A stretch of DNA of 64,000 bases from Octopus bimaculoides. Its lineage: Eukaryota. Under the pieces are notes generated by a model, which searched no databases, was not told the origin of the DNA, and saw only the letters and a program-made list of their open reading frames with translations. Both the position numbers and the translations under genes were made by a program. How positions within the stretch are numbered: position 1 is the first letter of the stretch; the number at the start of each line of letters is the position of its first letter. Location of the stretch: assembly GCF_001194135.2 (NCBI RefSeq), contig NC_068982.1, positions 174,597,727 to 174,661,726 on the forward strand. The letters are read 5' to 3'. Positions 45,134 through 58,184 of the stretch are shown piece by piece.

Positions 45134-45610
45134 TATCATCATAAATATACAGGGATTAGCAATTGAGTTGCTTCTCCAACATACTGAAAATTTAGAAATA
45201 GCAGTCAAAGAACTACTGATTCCAAACTACAAATTTTTCTCTAAAGCGGATGGCGATATTTATGGCACACATAGAACAAAAAACCGGAGGGAAAAGCGTA
45301 AACAAACCAAGCCTTTAGTTAATTGGATACGAATCGTTTCATGGTTAAGTGAATGGAAATTTCACTATTCCAATCTTCAGCCCAAATATTCTGATAAATT
45401 TGAAAGTGTCTCTAGAATCAGTAGTTCTTTGACTGCTATTTCTAAATTTTCAGTATGTTGGAGAAGCAACTCAATTGCTAATCCCTGTATATTTATGATG
45501 ATAAATAGTTTTACCGATAAAGGTTTTTTTCATACTGAACTACTTGGCAAAATTGTTAATTATTAATTCTATTATTAATTGACGATTCTCTGCCCTTATT
45601 CTTGTATATA
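45134..45610. mobile_element. Young inverted-repeat element (family 3)
   Basis: Perfect 89-bp arms 45134-45222 / 45415-45503, 192-bp CpG-containing spacer, about 100-bp tail, (TA)n on both sides. Confidence 0.75.
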
Positions 45611-46769
45611 TATATATATATAAATTCATACACAATCACCTAACCTATTATGTTTTATACATACACACACACACACACTCAACTAATCTATGAATCCATG
45701 ATGTTATATATGTATATGATGTCTACCTTAATTAGCTTAGAAAATATTTTAACATTCTCATAAACATTTTTCATCTCAATGCTCATGAACTATATAATCC
45801 ATTATTTCAATTTCCAAGTTTTCATTAGAACATTTCTTTCCTAGCTAAAAATAATATCAACAACGTCTGCATTCTAAGTTGCATCTTTTAAAAAATGTGA
45901 TCCTCTCATACAGATTTATTTTTTGAGCTATTTGTAACAAAAAATGCTGATGAGAAAGAAAACTGAGATCACGGTGAAACATAAATTTTATGAATTAGAG
46001 TTTTCTGGACTGTTAACTTCATCTTTTATGTTTCTCATCAGATGTCATGCCCTGAGCTAATACATTTTCTGAAACTTGATTTGAACTCATAACCTTTATT
46101 TCTAAGCAAATTGTATTAATGTCTGGAAATCAAGTTTTAAAATAAAGGGTCCAAGATTTCAGTCTAAGACTCAGTATACATTCCAGAAGAAAACACTTGA
46201 CAATGATCATAGATCAAACATATGGAAAGATTATGTAATTAGAAACAACAAATGATGATGAGGCTATAATAATTATGAATAAGTCAATCTTTAATTAGCC
46301 TGATAGTTCATCTCAGCTGTTCAGACATGTCAACAAACTTTATTCAGTAGTTAATATATTTAATGTAGTGAACATCAAAATATTCATTATTGCATTAATG
46401 TTGCCTGTTCCTTATCACAAGTATTTCTAATTAGATTTTTTTTTAATATTCCCTACATTAAATATTTTCACACTAACTTAACTATTGTTTTCATATTATC
46501 ATAGTAACCTAGTCAACACTGCAGATGGGTGACTCTGAAAGCCTAGCTGCCTGAGTAAGAATGGAAGTTGAACTTTTTACCTCTGCTGACAACAACAGTA
46601 TTCTCTCTCAAAGTTAAAGGCAGATTGTATGATACTTGTATATGAAATGCAATATAACATAGTGAAAGATGGATATTGAATGTAGAAGATATATAGAGCT
46701 GGAACAGAATGAAGTATATATATATATATTATTGGAGGTGTAAAGTGTGCACGAAAAATGATGGAGCAC

Positions 46770-47050
46770 AAATGAGGTGAGAAAAAAGCTGAATTTAAAA
46801 GGAATCAGGTGTAGCATACTGAAGAAAAAACTGCTATTACAAACATATAATGCATATGGAGGATGACTATTGGGTAAAGAATTGCCAAGTGATCCAAGTG
46901 GAAGGAACCTGTGGAGATGATCAAAGAAAACATGAAGTGATGAAGGCTTATCTTGAAATACTGAACATTATGAAGCAGGTAACAAGAGACAACAACAAGT
47001 AGCAAGGTACTGTGCTGGAAAAGACTCTTGCAAGCATGGGAAAACTCATG
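46770..47050 (+). mobile_element. RTE ORF2 C-terminal fragment
   Basis: REKLNLKGIRCS, IMHMEDDYWVKNCQVIQVEGTCG, VTRD...TVLEKT; homologous to 11700-11940. Confidence 0.7.
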
Positions 47051-48979
47051 CAAAAATAGCATGATGGTGCCAGAGTAATTTATAACCTCAGTGATTTACT
47101 CATTCAGTAGGAATGTCAAGCATTGTGGATGAAATTGAGTCTGTAGCTGAGTCTAGTTGTGTTAGTAAAATTCTGGAAGTTGTTTGGTTAGCTGAATTGT
47201 TAATGATGAGTGACTGTTTGTTGCATGTCTGGTTATTGGCTGAAAGGCAAGCTGACACACTATCATTGACTAGAAATTGCTTACTGCTTTGCTATCTCAT
47301 GTATTACTGACCTGAACTTTACTTAGTAGAAAGGCTTTACTTTGCTTTTTATAACATGTGAGAATTGTTTAATATATGTGTGTAGGCATGTGTGAATAAT
47401 ATGCATGAAGAACGGTTGCTTCTGTTAAGTTAATTGTCTTGAGAGGTTTTGACCTTTTAGTGACATTCTGTTCACAGAAGAATTCCATTCACCTCACTCA
47501 AATGATGAGATTAGTGTAGCTTGAATGATTGAATGTTTCTTTTAAAAAGCTTGGCAGTAATGGATTTTTGCTGGGTTTAAGATTATCTGAGAGGTTTGGC
47601 TATAATTCATTTTTCCCAAGCTATGTCTGAGATGCTTAGCATTGATGGATTTGCTCAATTTAGATATGATCTTGTCAAATATGCAGCTGTATATGTAAAT
47701 CTGTTACTAGCATAAAATTTGTCCTTTCTTTGTCTCTTCTGTGACATCTACAAAAGTCTCGTTCTACTGATATTGCTGATGTATAACACTTCCACCTGAA
47801 TTCACTAACTTCCAACTAAATTCATCTCAAACTAAGGAGCATCGACCTTCTAGAAATAGCAGCTAAATCTCCATTAACTTCTACCCTACCATCTTAAAAA
47901 TACATATGATATAATCCTGGATGCACAAAAGTTTAAAAAAATACACAGGATGGTCATAGCTGGAATAACTTTGATAAAGATCTGTTCATTCAAAGATGAC
48001 AAAAGGCTAAACAGCAACTGGTTTCACCTGTTTCAGTCACCTATTCTGTATTTCATCCCACAGCCAACCCATTAAGCACTTTTCCCAGAATATACTTCTT
48101 AGAAACTCATTTCCTGTTTGTTTTCTGAATACAGGACAAAAAGTCACTGGAAACCTTCAATAAATGACTGATTTAATTTTTTTTTCTTTCTTTTATTTAA
48201 GAAGTTGAATAAAATAATGTTCTCGTTCTGAACAAGTCATATATTGTCATTTAGTAGATAATTTAAAATATCTAATTAATCTATTATTTATGGTATTTAA
48301 TTGAAACATATTTTTTTGTGAATTTTTACCTTGTTACAATTTTAACTTTCCTTCCAATGGCTTTATTTCCATTCACCAGTTTTCTCTTCCAATCATTTGT
48401 GTGTAAGCGTTCAAATTTAAGCAGTAACCTTATTTGTTTTTCCCAGGTGTCTTGCAATTTCTGGGGACCTAGAGAAAATATGACATCTGTATTTTTTTGT
48501 TTGTTTTTTTTTTTGTCAATCTAAATGTTACAATTTATAAATTGAAATTTTCTGTTAATTTTAGTAGCTTTTGTTCCATCTCTAATATTAAGGAGATTCT
48601 TTGAAAAAATTGAATATATGAACTTAGATTTTGTGTATATTCTTCTCAATGCATTGTCTCTTCCTTAATCAAAGTGACTTGATTAGTTCAGTTTGCATGG
48701 TGTGTCTCTTTTGATCTCTAGAAAGTTTTTCATGCTGTTCATTTTAATATATTTTTTGAAAAATTTGTTCAAGTTTTAGGTCATATATGAAGTAAGATTA
48801 TTAGTATGTATGTCTGCACCATAATTTGGTTCAGTGTTAAAACAACACAATTATGTCAGTCAGGGAATGTCATAAGGATTTATTCTCATCCTGCTGTATA
48901 TTAACAAACTCAGATAAAGAAATATTACAAAATCTCATCAATTTGCTTTATAACAGCAGCTTATATTTATGTGTGTGTG

Positions 48980-49015
<36 letters not shown>

Positions 49016-49429
49016 AAATCTTTGAAGTTGATAGAGAAAAGATTAAACACACATCTATATAATCCCTGTGTCAGAAGCTTAATACAAATAATATATCTTT
49101 AAATATATTTAAGACTGAATTATGCTTTGTTTCTTTATAAACAAACAAACAAACATGCAAACAAAAGTTTTAGGTCTTTTTGGCCCTCACTTAAAATGGG
49201 AAATTAACGGAGACAATTTGCATCCTAGCAAATTTATTCAATAACAAATTAGCATCCTAGCAAATTGTTTTAGGATCTTGATGTCCAGTGTGGAATAGAT
49301 ATTTCACTAGTTTAACATGAAATAGAGCTCCATTTCCCTCAATCAATTCTATTTCAATCTGTTTTCTATCAACAATTCCTCTTTTATGATTACACACCTT
49401 AAGCTTAAAGCTTAGCTATCATTCACATG

Positions 49430-49690
49430 CGAGTATGACTTGGTAGTTTGTGCCTATGTGTTTGCAAGAAAACTAGATTCCCTCTCAATCTGCCAAAAAC
49501 ATGAAAGATGTAACAGCTGGAGGGAGGGAGATCTGTGTCAGTAGTTAGCTGGTACTCATTTTCAGCTGAGTAGGCTGGAGTATTGTGAAATGAAGTAGCT
49601 TGCTCAAGGACACAATATGTTACCCAGTCCAGAAATTGAACCCATGACTTTATGATCATGAGCCCAACACCCTAACCACTAAGCCACTCA
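49430..49690 (-). mobile_element. tRNA-derived SINE with CORE/V-like domain
   Basis: Minus strand GTGGCTTAGTGGTTAGGGTGTTGGGCTCATGATC...GGGTTCAATT...TTGTGTCCTTGAGCAAG...CAGCTGAAAATGAGTACC. Confidence 0.7.
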
Positions 49691-50607
49691 GTAAAAAACA
49701 ATTCTGCACTCTTTGAAGCTGGTGCTCTTAGACTCCTAAAATATTGTCCTTTTCACTAATCAAGTCAGATTCTACTCTGATTTTATTTTTATCAACTTCA
49801 ATATTGAAATCTTTTAATGTTTTATGTCAAAACATCTTTGTTTATCTTTTGCCAAATTGCAATGCTTTGTAGATCCAGTGCTTGTTCCCAGTTTCTGTAG
49901 CATTTAACTGTTGATATACATTTATCCCTGGATAATATGATGATAGTGTTTACTACATGAAGGATTAAGCTGATTATTGCACTAATCAAGCAATTCTACA
50001 GTGGTTAATTTTATAACGCAGCAATCTACTTAAAGCTAGGTGAATTCATATAATAAAAGTTATACGCCAGGCATGTAATGAGTAGATACAATCAGTATAC
50101 CTACTTCCCTACTATGGATGTGATGGACAAGGAAGCAATACGTAGACTGGAATTCAGTACCATTTGAAGTTTCATTCATCAATAAAATAACTATTAGTAA
50201 TGTGCTTGTGGATGTTTGTCTAATCATTTGGACAATTAACTCTATGCTGATCTAATAATAAATCATTATAACAATTAACTAGAAGTATAAAGGAAAGGAG
50301 AAGGAAATTTAAAACAACATTACTCAACATCAATGTTGGAGGGGAATCTCAGTTTATGCAAATAAAATACATGTTGTTAGAATGTAATATAGCGAAAAAT
50401 TTATCAGGCAAATAAGTATTTCAATAAATTGCTTTGAGGTCAAGTGAATTACGTCATCTATGGAGAGAAGTGGTATCAGGTTTATTGGCCTTGTTCAGTT
50501 TTTGGCTATTGAATATAGTACATAGCCAAAACTGAAGAAATATCGAGAACATTCTTGTAATATGAGAATAAAAGAAAATATCAATTATAAACCCATATGC
50601 ACAAACA

Positions 50608-50658
<51 letters not shown>

Positions 50659-51277
50659 ATATGCACACATATGCATACACTCATTCACATTTATGTTTGT
50701 GTGTGTGCACTTATGTAGAAATGCACTAGCATGCACATGTGTAGAAAACTAAAAATTTGGTTTCTATTATTTCTGAGGAGCATTACATTGTCAAATGAAT
50801 TTTTGCCTAGTTAGGACTACAAACTCTTCACATAACTGCTATTGCTGTATATACACATGAGGCAGATGGTTGGCAGAGTTGTTTGAAGATCAGATAGTTT
50901 GCTTTGTGGTAATTGTTCCAATTCTCTTCACTCTGAGATCAAATTGTGCTGAAGTCATCCTGTGCCTTTCATCCTTTCAGGGTTGATAAACAGAAGTAAC
51001 AGTGTTGTACTGGTGTTGGTTCTTCTCTTTCTCTATCATTCGGTCTATTTGTCTTTCTCTCTTCTGGAAGAAATCAACTGTGATCACTCCTGGAGAGGGA
51101 TGCCAGGTCTAAAAATTCCCAAGACACACTATAACAGTTCCCTTCAATTCCATCAGCTAGAGAGTCCAAGGCAAGACAAATACCCATGTAAAGATTAGCA
51201 AAGAAAATTTCTTAGGTATGTGTTACAACAGTATCTGATTTTATTGAAACTTTATAAATATGATTTTATAAATATAA

Positions 51278-51890
51278 ATTGTCTTGCAGAATGGTATAGC
51301 TGTCTTGCAGAATAGTATAGCAACAATTACCTATGCCTACGCCCCACAAGTGAGACTACCAAATGAACAGAAGGATCCTTTGTATGATATTCTTCTGTAG
51401 GTGACCTCAAAGACGAGTGACAATGATCTCATCTTTGTGGCTGGAGATTTTAATGGGCATGTTCGACAGCAGCCTGGTATCTTCCATGGTGTACATGGGG
51501 GCCATGGAGTTGGTACTAGAAATGAAGAGGAACTAGGCTCCTGGAGTTCTGCAATGCAAACAAACTAGTGATCTGCAACACTAACTTCAGGAAGCCAGCT
51601 AACCACCTGATAACCTATCAATCAGGTGACTCTGCTAGCCAGATTGATTTCATTCTCACCTGACAGCAGGATGCATGGTTGCTCTTAAATACAAAGACCC
51701 TCCCTAGTGAAGAGTGTACCCTGCAGCATAGACTAGTTATTAATGACTTTAGACTCGAGGGCAGAAGGATGCCAAAAAACAGACCAATTTGGAAAAGAAG
51801 GACTTGGAAGCTTAAGAACCTTTCACATGGTCTGAGATTTAGGGATATCTTTACCTAGAAATTTGATGATAGGGAGGAGGAGCTAGTCAG
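51278..51890 (+). mobile_element. RTE APE endonuclease fragment, well preserved
   Basis: LVLQNGIA (21-bp duplicated), YAYAPQ..PNEQKD, LIFVAGDFNGHV, GHGVGTRNEE/GTRLLEFC, ITYQSGDSASQIDFILT, SEECTLQHRLVI; stops and one frameshift. Confidence 0.9.
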
Positions 51891-51984
51891 TCAAGAGTAA
51901 CTTTCCCAAAGGCCTTGTAGCTATTCTCATTCTACATAAACTGAAGCAATGTAGTATTAAATAATTTGCTTATGATTAATGAGC

Positions 51985-52114
51985 TTTGCAATCATGTAGT
52001 TTCAGGTTCAGTCCCACTATGCAGCTCCTTGAATAAGTGTCTTCTACTATAGCACTGAACCAACCAATGCCTTGTGAGTGAATTAGCCAGATGGAAACTG
52101 TGTTAAAGCCTATC

Positions 52115-52145
<31 letters not shown>

Positions 52146-52150
52146 CATCT
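51985..52150 (+). mobile_element. SINE A, 5' part
   Basis: CAGGTTCAGTCCCACT...AAGTGTCTTCTACTATAGC...GATGGAAACTG. Confidence 0.8.
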
Positions 52151-53763
52151 TTGTGTTTGTCCCCTGCCATTTTGTCTTTAATAAAAGAGAAAATGAATAA
52201 ATATTTATGCGCACGCACACACACATACAATAAGTATGAGTTTCAGTGGTTCAACTTTTATCAGCTAGGTACATTAAGGTTATGTGGAATAAAGCACCTT
52301 CCCTAGAAAAACAAGAAATAATTTGCTCAAATAATTTTCAAGTTCAGTTTGCTAATTTTATTTTCAAAAGTCATTAGTAACTGTGAGATTCGGCTGCTAA
52401 CCAATCAGCTTCGAAATATGAGTTCTAATCTTCGAGCAACCATTGTACTATGCCTTTTTGCTTGCTACAGTAATAGAACTTACAGCAAAGTTAGTTCTGT
52501 TTACTTCTTGCTTGAGTGGTTAAGTATAGAGAAAAGGCATCCATCTCTCTTGTAATGAAAAAATGGAATACTTGCTCTTATAATGCATGTGCAACTGTGC
52601 AAATTTACAATAGTGGCTCTTTTATGCAGATAGGGAAAACTAAAATTAGAAATAAACACAGTAAAAATTGAAACAAATAAAAACTTGCTTTGGTTTCTGC
52701 TCTTAGAAATCCTATTTGAAATTATTTTCCTATTGTAATTATTAATTAATTTTCAATTATGCTCAGCATTTTCCACACCCCTCCTTCATACTACACTTTT
52801 ATCTTTTTACTTTTGTTGATTTTGTTTTAAACAAACACAATATATAAATCTGGAAGCTATTACATCTTCCCTATCATTTGCAACAATGAGTGAGAGTTTT
52901 TTTTTAATTTTCACCCAACTAACATTTTCCATGCTTGTGATATTAATTAATACCAACACAGTGATTTTCTTAGATACTCCAACAAATGCTTCTAACATCC
53001 CATTCTCTCACTCTCTTTCTTTGTCTCTAAACATATATAAAATCATAGTTTTCATGCCAATCATTTCAAACTTTCCTCTCCTACTGCTTACAATTTTCTT
53101 CCATGTATTATGCATCTAACTTAAATATTATGCAGCATCATCCTGCAATTTCCCTTTTATAGTGTGAGGCTTTATTTTTTTTTTTCAATAATACTATCAT
53201 TCTAATATCTCTAGATACCCTGTTCTGCTCCTGCATTCTTCAACTGTTTTTCTTTCAATTGTATCGTCCACAAGTTCTGTGACACCCTTTCTTAATTCTT
53301 GTTTAGAACTTTTTCTTTTAAAATTTTTCATTTTCTCCACGTTCCTACCTTATTACAAATAAACATTTTAAACATGACAATCTAGACTGGCCATTGCAAT
53401 AAGTAAACACTACTATAATTTATATTAATAATATTACAAAAGATCATTGGAGATTGTTATTAAAATGGAAGGTGGCTAGCAGAATCGGTATTTAGTTAAT
53501 TCCCTTTAATACTACCTGTTTTATAATGAGCCAGTATTCTTTGCATTTTTGTATCTAATGAAAATGGATTGTTCTTTAATTACATTTGTGTAAGTAGCAT
53601 CTAACTAGATATTATGTTACTATAGAGCAATAAATATGAATATAGAAAGTTAAGTGTTTTATTCAATACTTTTTAGACCAATTTATACGTAAGAATTATG
53701 GTGTTACTTTATACTTCTCTTAATAATGTTCAGTTTTCTTCAAACATATTTTCAGTATCTATA

Positions 53764-53959
53764 TACTACACTCTCTGAGTGGTACTACACTCTTTGAGTG
53801 GTTGGCGTTAGGAAGGGCATCCAGCTGTAGAAACTCTGCCAAATTTAGATTGGAGCCTGGTGTTGCCATCCAGTTTCACCAGTCCTCAGTCAAATCGTCC
53901 AACCCATGCTAGCATGGAAAGCGGACATTAAACGATGATAATGATGATGATGATGATGA
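53764..53959 (+). mobile_element. Young 5'-truncated repeat B with a duplicated 5' junction
   Basis: Near-identical to 13700-13870; 19-bp direct duplication 53764-53782 / 53783-53801. Confidence 0.9.
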
Positions 53960-56900
53960 TCCTTGTCCATTTTGTCATAAAATAAGACGCATAACCTTTT
54001 ATTCTCTTCGTGGTTGCTAAAATTAATACTGGGGCAGGAGCAGAGTTGATGTTATCAACTAGACTCTAGAAGTTAGTTCTTCAGATTGAACAAAGTCCAG
54101 TGCCTGAAACCAGTGAAAGAAGCTAGAATATACGTTCCTTTTTAAAAAAAGAGGTGTAAGGTGGAGAAGGAAATAAATTGCTTGAAATTACTTTACAATT
54201 GCTACAAATATGCTGTTTTTTTTTATTGTCATCTGTGGTAAGAAAGTTCTCAAGTTAAGGCCACAACTGAGTATCAGTTCTTGTTGAATCAGTTATATTG
54301 CCTTTACACTGTGTATGCTTTTGAGGAAAGTCCAGAATAACTCAAACTTTTTTTGTTTGTTCTCTCATCCAAAAATTGTGTAAGATTAATCACTTAGTTG
54401 ATATTTCAATTAACTTATCATCCTGCTGTATATCTTATTAGAAACTGGTGTTAAAATTTGAGCATAATCATTGTCTGTTTTTATAGTTCAACTGTGTTGT
54501 TACTAAAACATTCTCTGTTCATTTTTCATTTATTGATTAGGCTCTGCTTTAACTTCAAAAGATCCTCTATGTGATTAGTTATCCTGTAAGAAATAGCAGC
54601 CAATTTTCCTTCAAATCATACTCTACAATCTTATATAAAAATCCATTGACCAATGTTTTCATGATATACCAAAAGTTAAATGGTTAAGACTGAAATGCTT
54701 TTGACTTGAAGTTTATTCATTTATGGTTGGACTTGGACCAAACAACAACTGTTTGTTGCTTAAGTAATGAAGAAACTTCTATGCAATTGCTCAGTCTGTT
54801 TAATGTAGCAGCCAATATTCTCCAGCAAATACCCTGCTAAAATGGAAACTAGATGTCTTAATTCTTGAATTTAAGGATAGCAAACTCACATGGTAAACTG
54901 GTTGACCATGACTAAAATATTGGTGATATGGAAACATTTGTCACAAAGCTTATAATACTGGAAATTTTCATAATTGAATATCTGTGGTTTTTGAAGTATG
55001 GAATGTTCCTCATCATTTGCTCAGCAACCTGTGTGAAATAGCTATACACAAGCAGAATTTACTGGCTAACCAAAACTATTTGATACATAAAAAATAAAAA
55101 AATCTGTTTCTTGCCATTCATGATGTGCTCCACTTTCTTAAAAAAAATTAAAATATTACCCAATTGTTATTCTTATACCTAGGACACTTGAGTCATAATT
55201 TTCAACTCCAGTTTCAATTAAAAAAAAACAACAAAAAAACAAATCGTAATTTCAAATACAGTTATAAGAAAGAAAGCATTTTCTGCTGTCTCATTGCTCC
55301 TTTATTTAAATATCTGTCATCTTTCCAATTTCAACCCTGCCTGCACACTACTTCCTATTTACCTCTAAATTTTATATCCTCTTCTTCAGAGATACATATC
55401 TTCTATATCTCTCATACCATTAATCCAGTTTTAGATTAAATACATTACCCAATATCTTTATTTTAGTTAGCTACCTCAGCATTTTAGTGTTTACTTGGAT
55501 CAAATGTCATTTATCTTTCTTTTTATAAGTATACTCTTCTGACACAGATATGCTGCACTATAGAATATTTTTTACTTGCTAAACTCAGCATATTTGCTCT
55601 CATATCAGACTGGTGCATTATGGAGACAAAAACAAACTCATTTGCTTATAAAGCAAATATCCTCCATTTCCTCTCTTTTTCTTATGCAGTTATTACAATT
55701 ACCACTTCTTTTCTAAATTTAATACCATTCTTTGCTTTTCTTATTCAAGTCTTTTTAATGCTCTTGCTTACCTTCTTTGTGATACTTTCCTTTTCTCTTT
55801 GTACTATCCACTATCTATTTCCTCCACCCTTAAAGACTGTATCCATTTAGAACTTAACCCTTGCCAATGTTCTTTTCTAAATATTAAATGTCCATATGTG
55901 AGCTTTCAAAATGTGTGCAATTCAAATTAAATATTGACAGCACGGAACTTAAATCTATCCCAGTTTAGTAAAATCTAGCCTACTTTTTCTCTTTTAGGTT
56001 AGCTGTGTGCATATGTTGTCATCGTTATTGTGTGTGTGTGTGTGTGTGTGTGTGTAAGGCTGTATGGATATTTTTGTGCACATGAGAGTTTGCAAGGAAG
56101 GGATTGTCAGTTGAAGTAACTCAACTTATATGACAAGTACTTATTCTGGGAAGATCATTCTTGGTAATCGGCATTATTTGAACTCAAGAGATTGAGGGAA
56201 GATAACAATTTAAAGCATTTAGTCTACCATAACATTGTTTCTGCCAATCTAATATCTTCTTTCTTTAATATTAAATCTGCAATGATTCAATTTAAATATT
56301 AACTGTATTAAACTTATCTAACTATCCCAGTTTAGTAAAACTTAAAATGAATTTACATATGAACACATGTATGGTGTGTGTGTGTGTTTGTGTAAATGCT
56401 TGGATGTATGTGTTTATAAAGTACATGACAGTTTGTAAAGTAATTATGGATGGATATTTCAGCTATTGATGGTAGTGCTTCAATAATGGATTTATTTAAA
56501 CTGAACTAATGCAGGCATAAATAGATTTTGCTTGCAATTGAAAACAGAATATAATACAATAAAATAAAATAGGTTAGAATAGAGAAGCACAAGATAGATG
56601 ATTTGAAATAATTACTGCAGCAAATACAATTATTTACATTTTTTTTTTCTTTTATTCTGTTTGATCTTGACACTAATTCAACCAAATATAATAAAACATT
56701 AGTTATGTTTATATTTCCCTTGCTATGATCCAGCAAAAAGAAGAAAAAAAAGTATTTATCAGATATTTAGTCAATTAAACTACTGTTTTGCTGCATGATT
56801 ACTGTTTTGCATCTAGCATCTATTTGTTTCATGTAGCATGGGTGGGGATAGTTTTTCTCTGTCTTTTTGTTTTTGTTTTTAGTAGAGATAGTTTGCATAT

Positions 56901-57799
56901 CTGTTGGACCAATTTGTTTTTCCACTTGTATGCTCTTATCACTGTTAATCACTTATATATGAAAGGAGCAGTTGAACCTGTGTGTCAGTCACACTGACTA
57001 ATGCAATCAATGTTATTATGGGCTTCTCCTTGGAGACTGAATACAGTTGCTAAGCTAAACTAATAAATTCTGAGCTCAATCCTATGAGGCTAGTAGTCCA
57101 GCTCCTTGATATTACTGTTTCATTAAATTATGAATATTGCTATGGACTTGGTTTGTAATTTGCAGATGTTTTTTTTATATTCTAATTACAGTTGATTTCT
57201 GCACAAGATTTTATAACCAGTATTTTTCCATGTTATAAGAGAAAGAAGAGCTGTAAAATTCTTTTACAAGAATCAACTGGGATTGAAATTGTTTTAAAAA
57301 ATGTATTAGAATTTTAACATGGAGAACAGTAGCTGTGAGGTGAAGGTGATAGACCAATGACCCTATTTCAAATTCTTGAGTTATAATCCTATTGTTACAG
57401 TCAATATGTTCCTTCTGTGTATGGCATGTTAGTATACTAATTTCATTGCTAGAAGTTGTTGTGGTTGAGAGGATAATGAATCATGGTCTTGCAGATTATT
57501 TGAAGTATTCTTATGGAAAGAAGTATTAGAAACTATTGCAATGCTGAATGTAGAGATAAATTATTATTCAGTATTTTAGCTTTGTTAAGCTCACATCATG
57601 AAAAGGAAAAACAAGAACAACAACAACAACAAAATTAAAACTAAAAGGAATTAATTTTCATGTTAAAGCTTTTATTTTACAAATTTTTAATTCCTTAGTC
57701 AGAGGATAAAGGGCAGTGCTTATAACCATTAACAGAGCCTCCAAGTCTGGTAAGAAAAGGGGAGGAGAAACCATGGCTTGAGTTGCTGAAGAATGAAGT

Positions 57800-58184
57800 T
57801 GTTGGCACTCCGTCGCTTACGACGTCGAGGGTTCCAGTTGATCCGATCAACGGAACAGCCTGCTCGTGAAATTAATGTGCAAGTGGCTGAGTACTCCACA
57901 GACACGTGTACCCTTAATGTAGTTCTCGGGGATATTCAGCGTGACACAGTGTGACAAGGCTGGCCCTTTGAATTACAGGCACAACAGGAAACAAGAAGTA
58001 AGAGTGAGAGAAAATTGTGTTGGAAGAGTACAGCAGGGTTCGCCATCATCCCCTGCCAGAGCCTCGTGGAGCTTTAGGTGTTTTCACTCAATAAACACTC
58101 ACAACGCCCGGTTTGGGAATCAAAACCACGATCCTATGACCGCAAGTCCGCTGTCCTAACCACTGGGCCATTGCACCTCCACAC
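57800..58184 (-). mobile_element. Young full-length tRNA-derived SINE (distinct family) with 10-bp TSD
   Basis: Head GGAGGTGCAATGGCCCAGTGGTTAGGACAGCGGACT...GTGGTTTTGATTCCC; CpGs intact; TSD AGAATGAAGT at 57790-57799 and 58185-58194. Confidence 0.9.

Noticed and set aside
45345-45415. Hammerhead-like words in the family 3 spacer (CTGAAGA...GAAA on -, CTGATAA...GAAA on +)
   Set aside because: No helix II or helix I can form on the minus strand; G8 is missing and helix I is poor on the plus strand
45168-45566. 132-aa ORF across the perfect inverted repeat
   Set aside because: Starts at TTG, has no recognisable motifs, and is largely built from the two complementary arms; probably chance
45945-46045. 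CTGATGAGAAA / TTTCTCATCAG inverted 11-mers with a GAAAC
   Set aside because: No helix II and no NUH cleavage triplet in register; a short AT-rich match
58100-58184. tRNA-like sequences (also the heads of SINE A and C)
   Set aside because: No complete cloverleaf, and they continue into SINE bodies
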